From: Planctomycetota bacterium
GTDB lineage: Bacteria > Planctomycetota > PLA2 > JAEUHO01
Assembly: GCA_026647295.1 (NCBI GenBank)
Contig: JAPKHB010000002.1
Coordinates: 1-32,838, forward strand
Direction: 5' to 3'
DNA: 32,838 nt
Positions 32,620-32,838 of the stretch are shown here, one piece after another; position 1 is the stretch's first letter, and the number at the start of each line of letters is the position of its first letter. The position numbers and the translations under genes were made by a program. Below the pieces are notes generated by a model that did not search any database, was not told the DNA's origin, and saw only the letters and a list, made by a program, of their open reading frames with translations.

Positions 32620-32838
32620 CATGTCGCCGCCCCCCGACCCCCGCCCCGCGTCCGGCCGCCTCAAGGGCCCCCGCCCGGCGGCGCTGTCGGGCCTCGGGGA
32701 CGACGAGTTGATGGCCCGCTGCGGCCGGGGCCAGACGGCGGCGCTGGGCGAGTTGATGGAGCGGCACCAGGACGCGGCCCACCGCTACGCCTGGCGCATC
32801 TTCCGCGACCACCACATCGCCGAGGACATGACCCAGGA
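32620..32838 (+). CDS. ECF-type sigma-70 family sigma factor, N-terminal part (runs off the window)
   Basis: This ORF is not in the track because no stop is reached. ATG 32620 follows AAGGAG (32610-32615). My hand translation is MSPPPDPRPASGRLKGPRPAALSGLGDDELMARCGRGQTAALGELMERHQDAAHRYAWRIFRDHHIAEDMTQ. This matches the region-2 pattern of ECF sigma factors (DxxLMxR...GDxxAxxxLxxR...AEDxxQE). Confidence 0.8.

Noticed and set aside
1-32838. tRNA, rRNA, tmRNA, prophage, integron or toxin-antitoxin, restriction-modification or other defence-system content
   Set aside because: No cloverleaf-like conserved tRNA arms or rRNA-like stretches were seen in intergenic regions. No integrase, transposase, nuclease or methylase motifs appear in any credible ORF. 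The window reads as core chromosome.

Overview
This is a very GC-rich (by eye about 70-75% G+C) bacterial chromosomal segment. I saw no tRNA, rRNA, CRISPR, transposase or integrase signal. The GC content fills the six-frame track with long spurious R/G/P/A-rich ORFs. I kept only frames with recognisable motifs or protein-like composition, and I re-set starts using SD-like sequences and gene spacing.

Gene content, left to right:
- An unknown 3' gene end, pgi, and ssb (minus strand).
- A type IV pilus (T4P) neighbourhood: a PilZ-domain protein, a hexapeptide sugar N-acetyltransferase, and pilD carrying an unusual ~105-aa internal insertion. These are followed by two paralogous coiled-coil OmpA-like lipoproteins, then pilT, pilB and pilC.
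- A 326-bp spacer holding two 82/85-identical structured repeats, a membrane-anchored TPR gene split over two reading frames, a 222-aa atypical pilin, and dprA.
- Two small membrane proteins, a YbgC-like thioesterase, a HEAT-repeat lipoprotein and an ATP-grasp-like orphan.
- priA with an upstream membrane-anchored orphan, and a HAD / TIM-barrel / mini-membrane-protein operon.
- A four-gene signalling operon: a sigma54-type response regulator, a small secreted protein, a 1272-aa multi-domain histidine kinase, and a Ser/Thr kinase fused to an FGE/SUMF1-like domain. It is divergent from an ECF-type sigma gene that runs off the window.

Lineage cannot be fixed from the sequence alone; the architecture is reminiscent of Planctomycetota- or Myxococcota-like genomes.

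No defence or mobile system is evident. The most unusual items are the PilD insertion, the duplicated 85-bp element between pilC and the TPR/pilin genes, the atypical pilin next to dprA, and the RR / small protein / giant HK / STK-FGE module.
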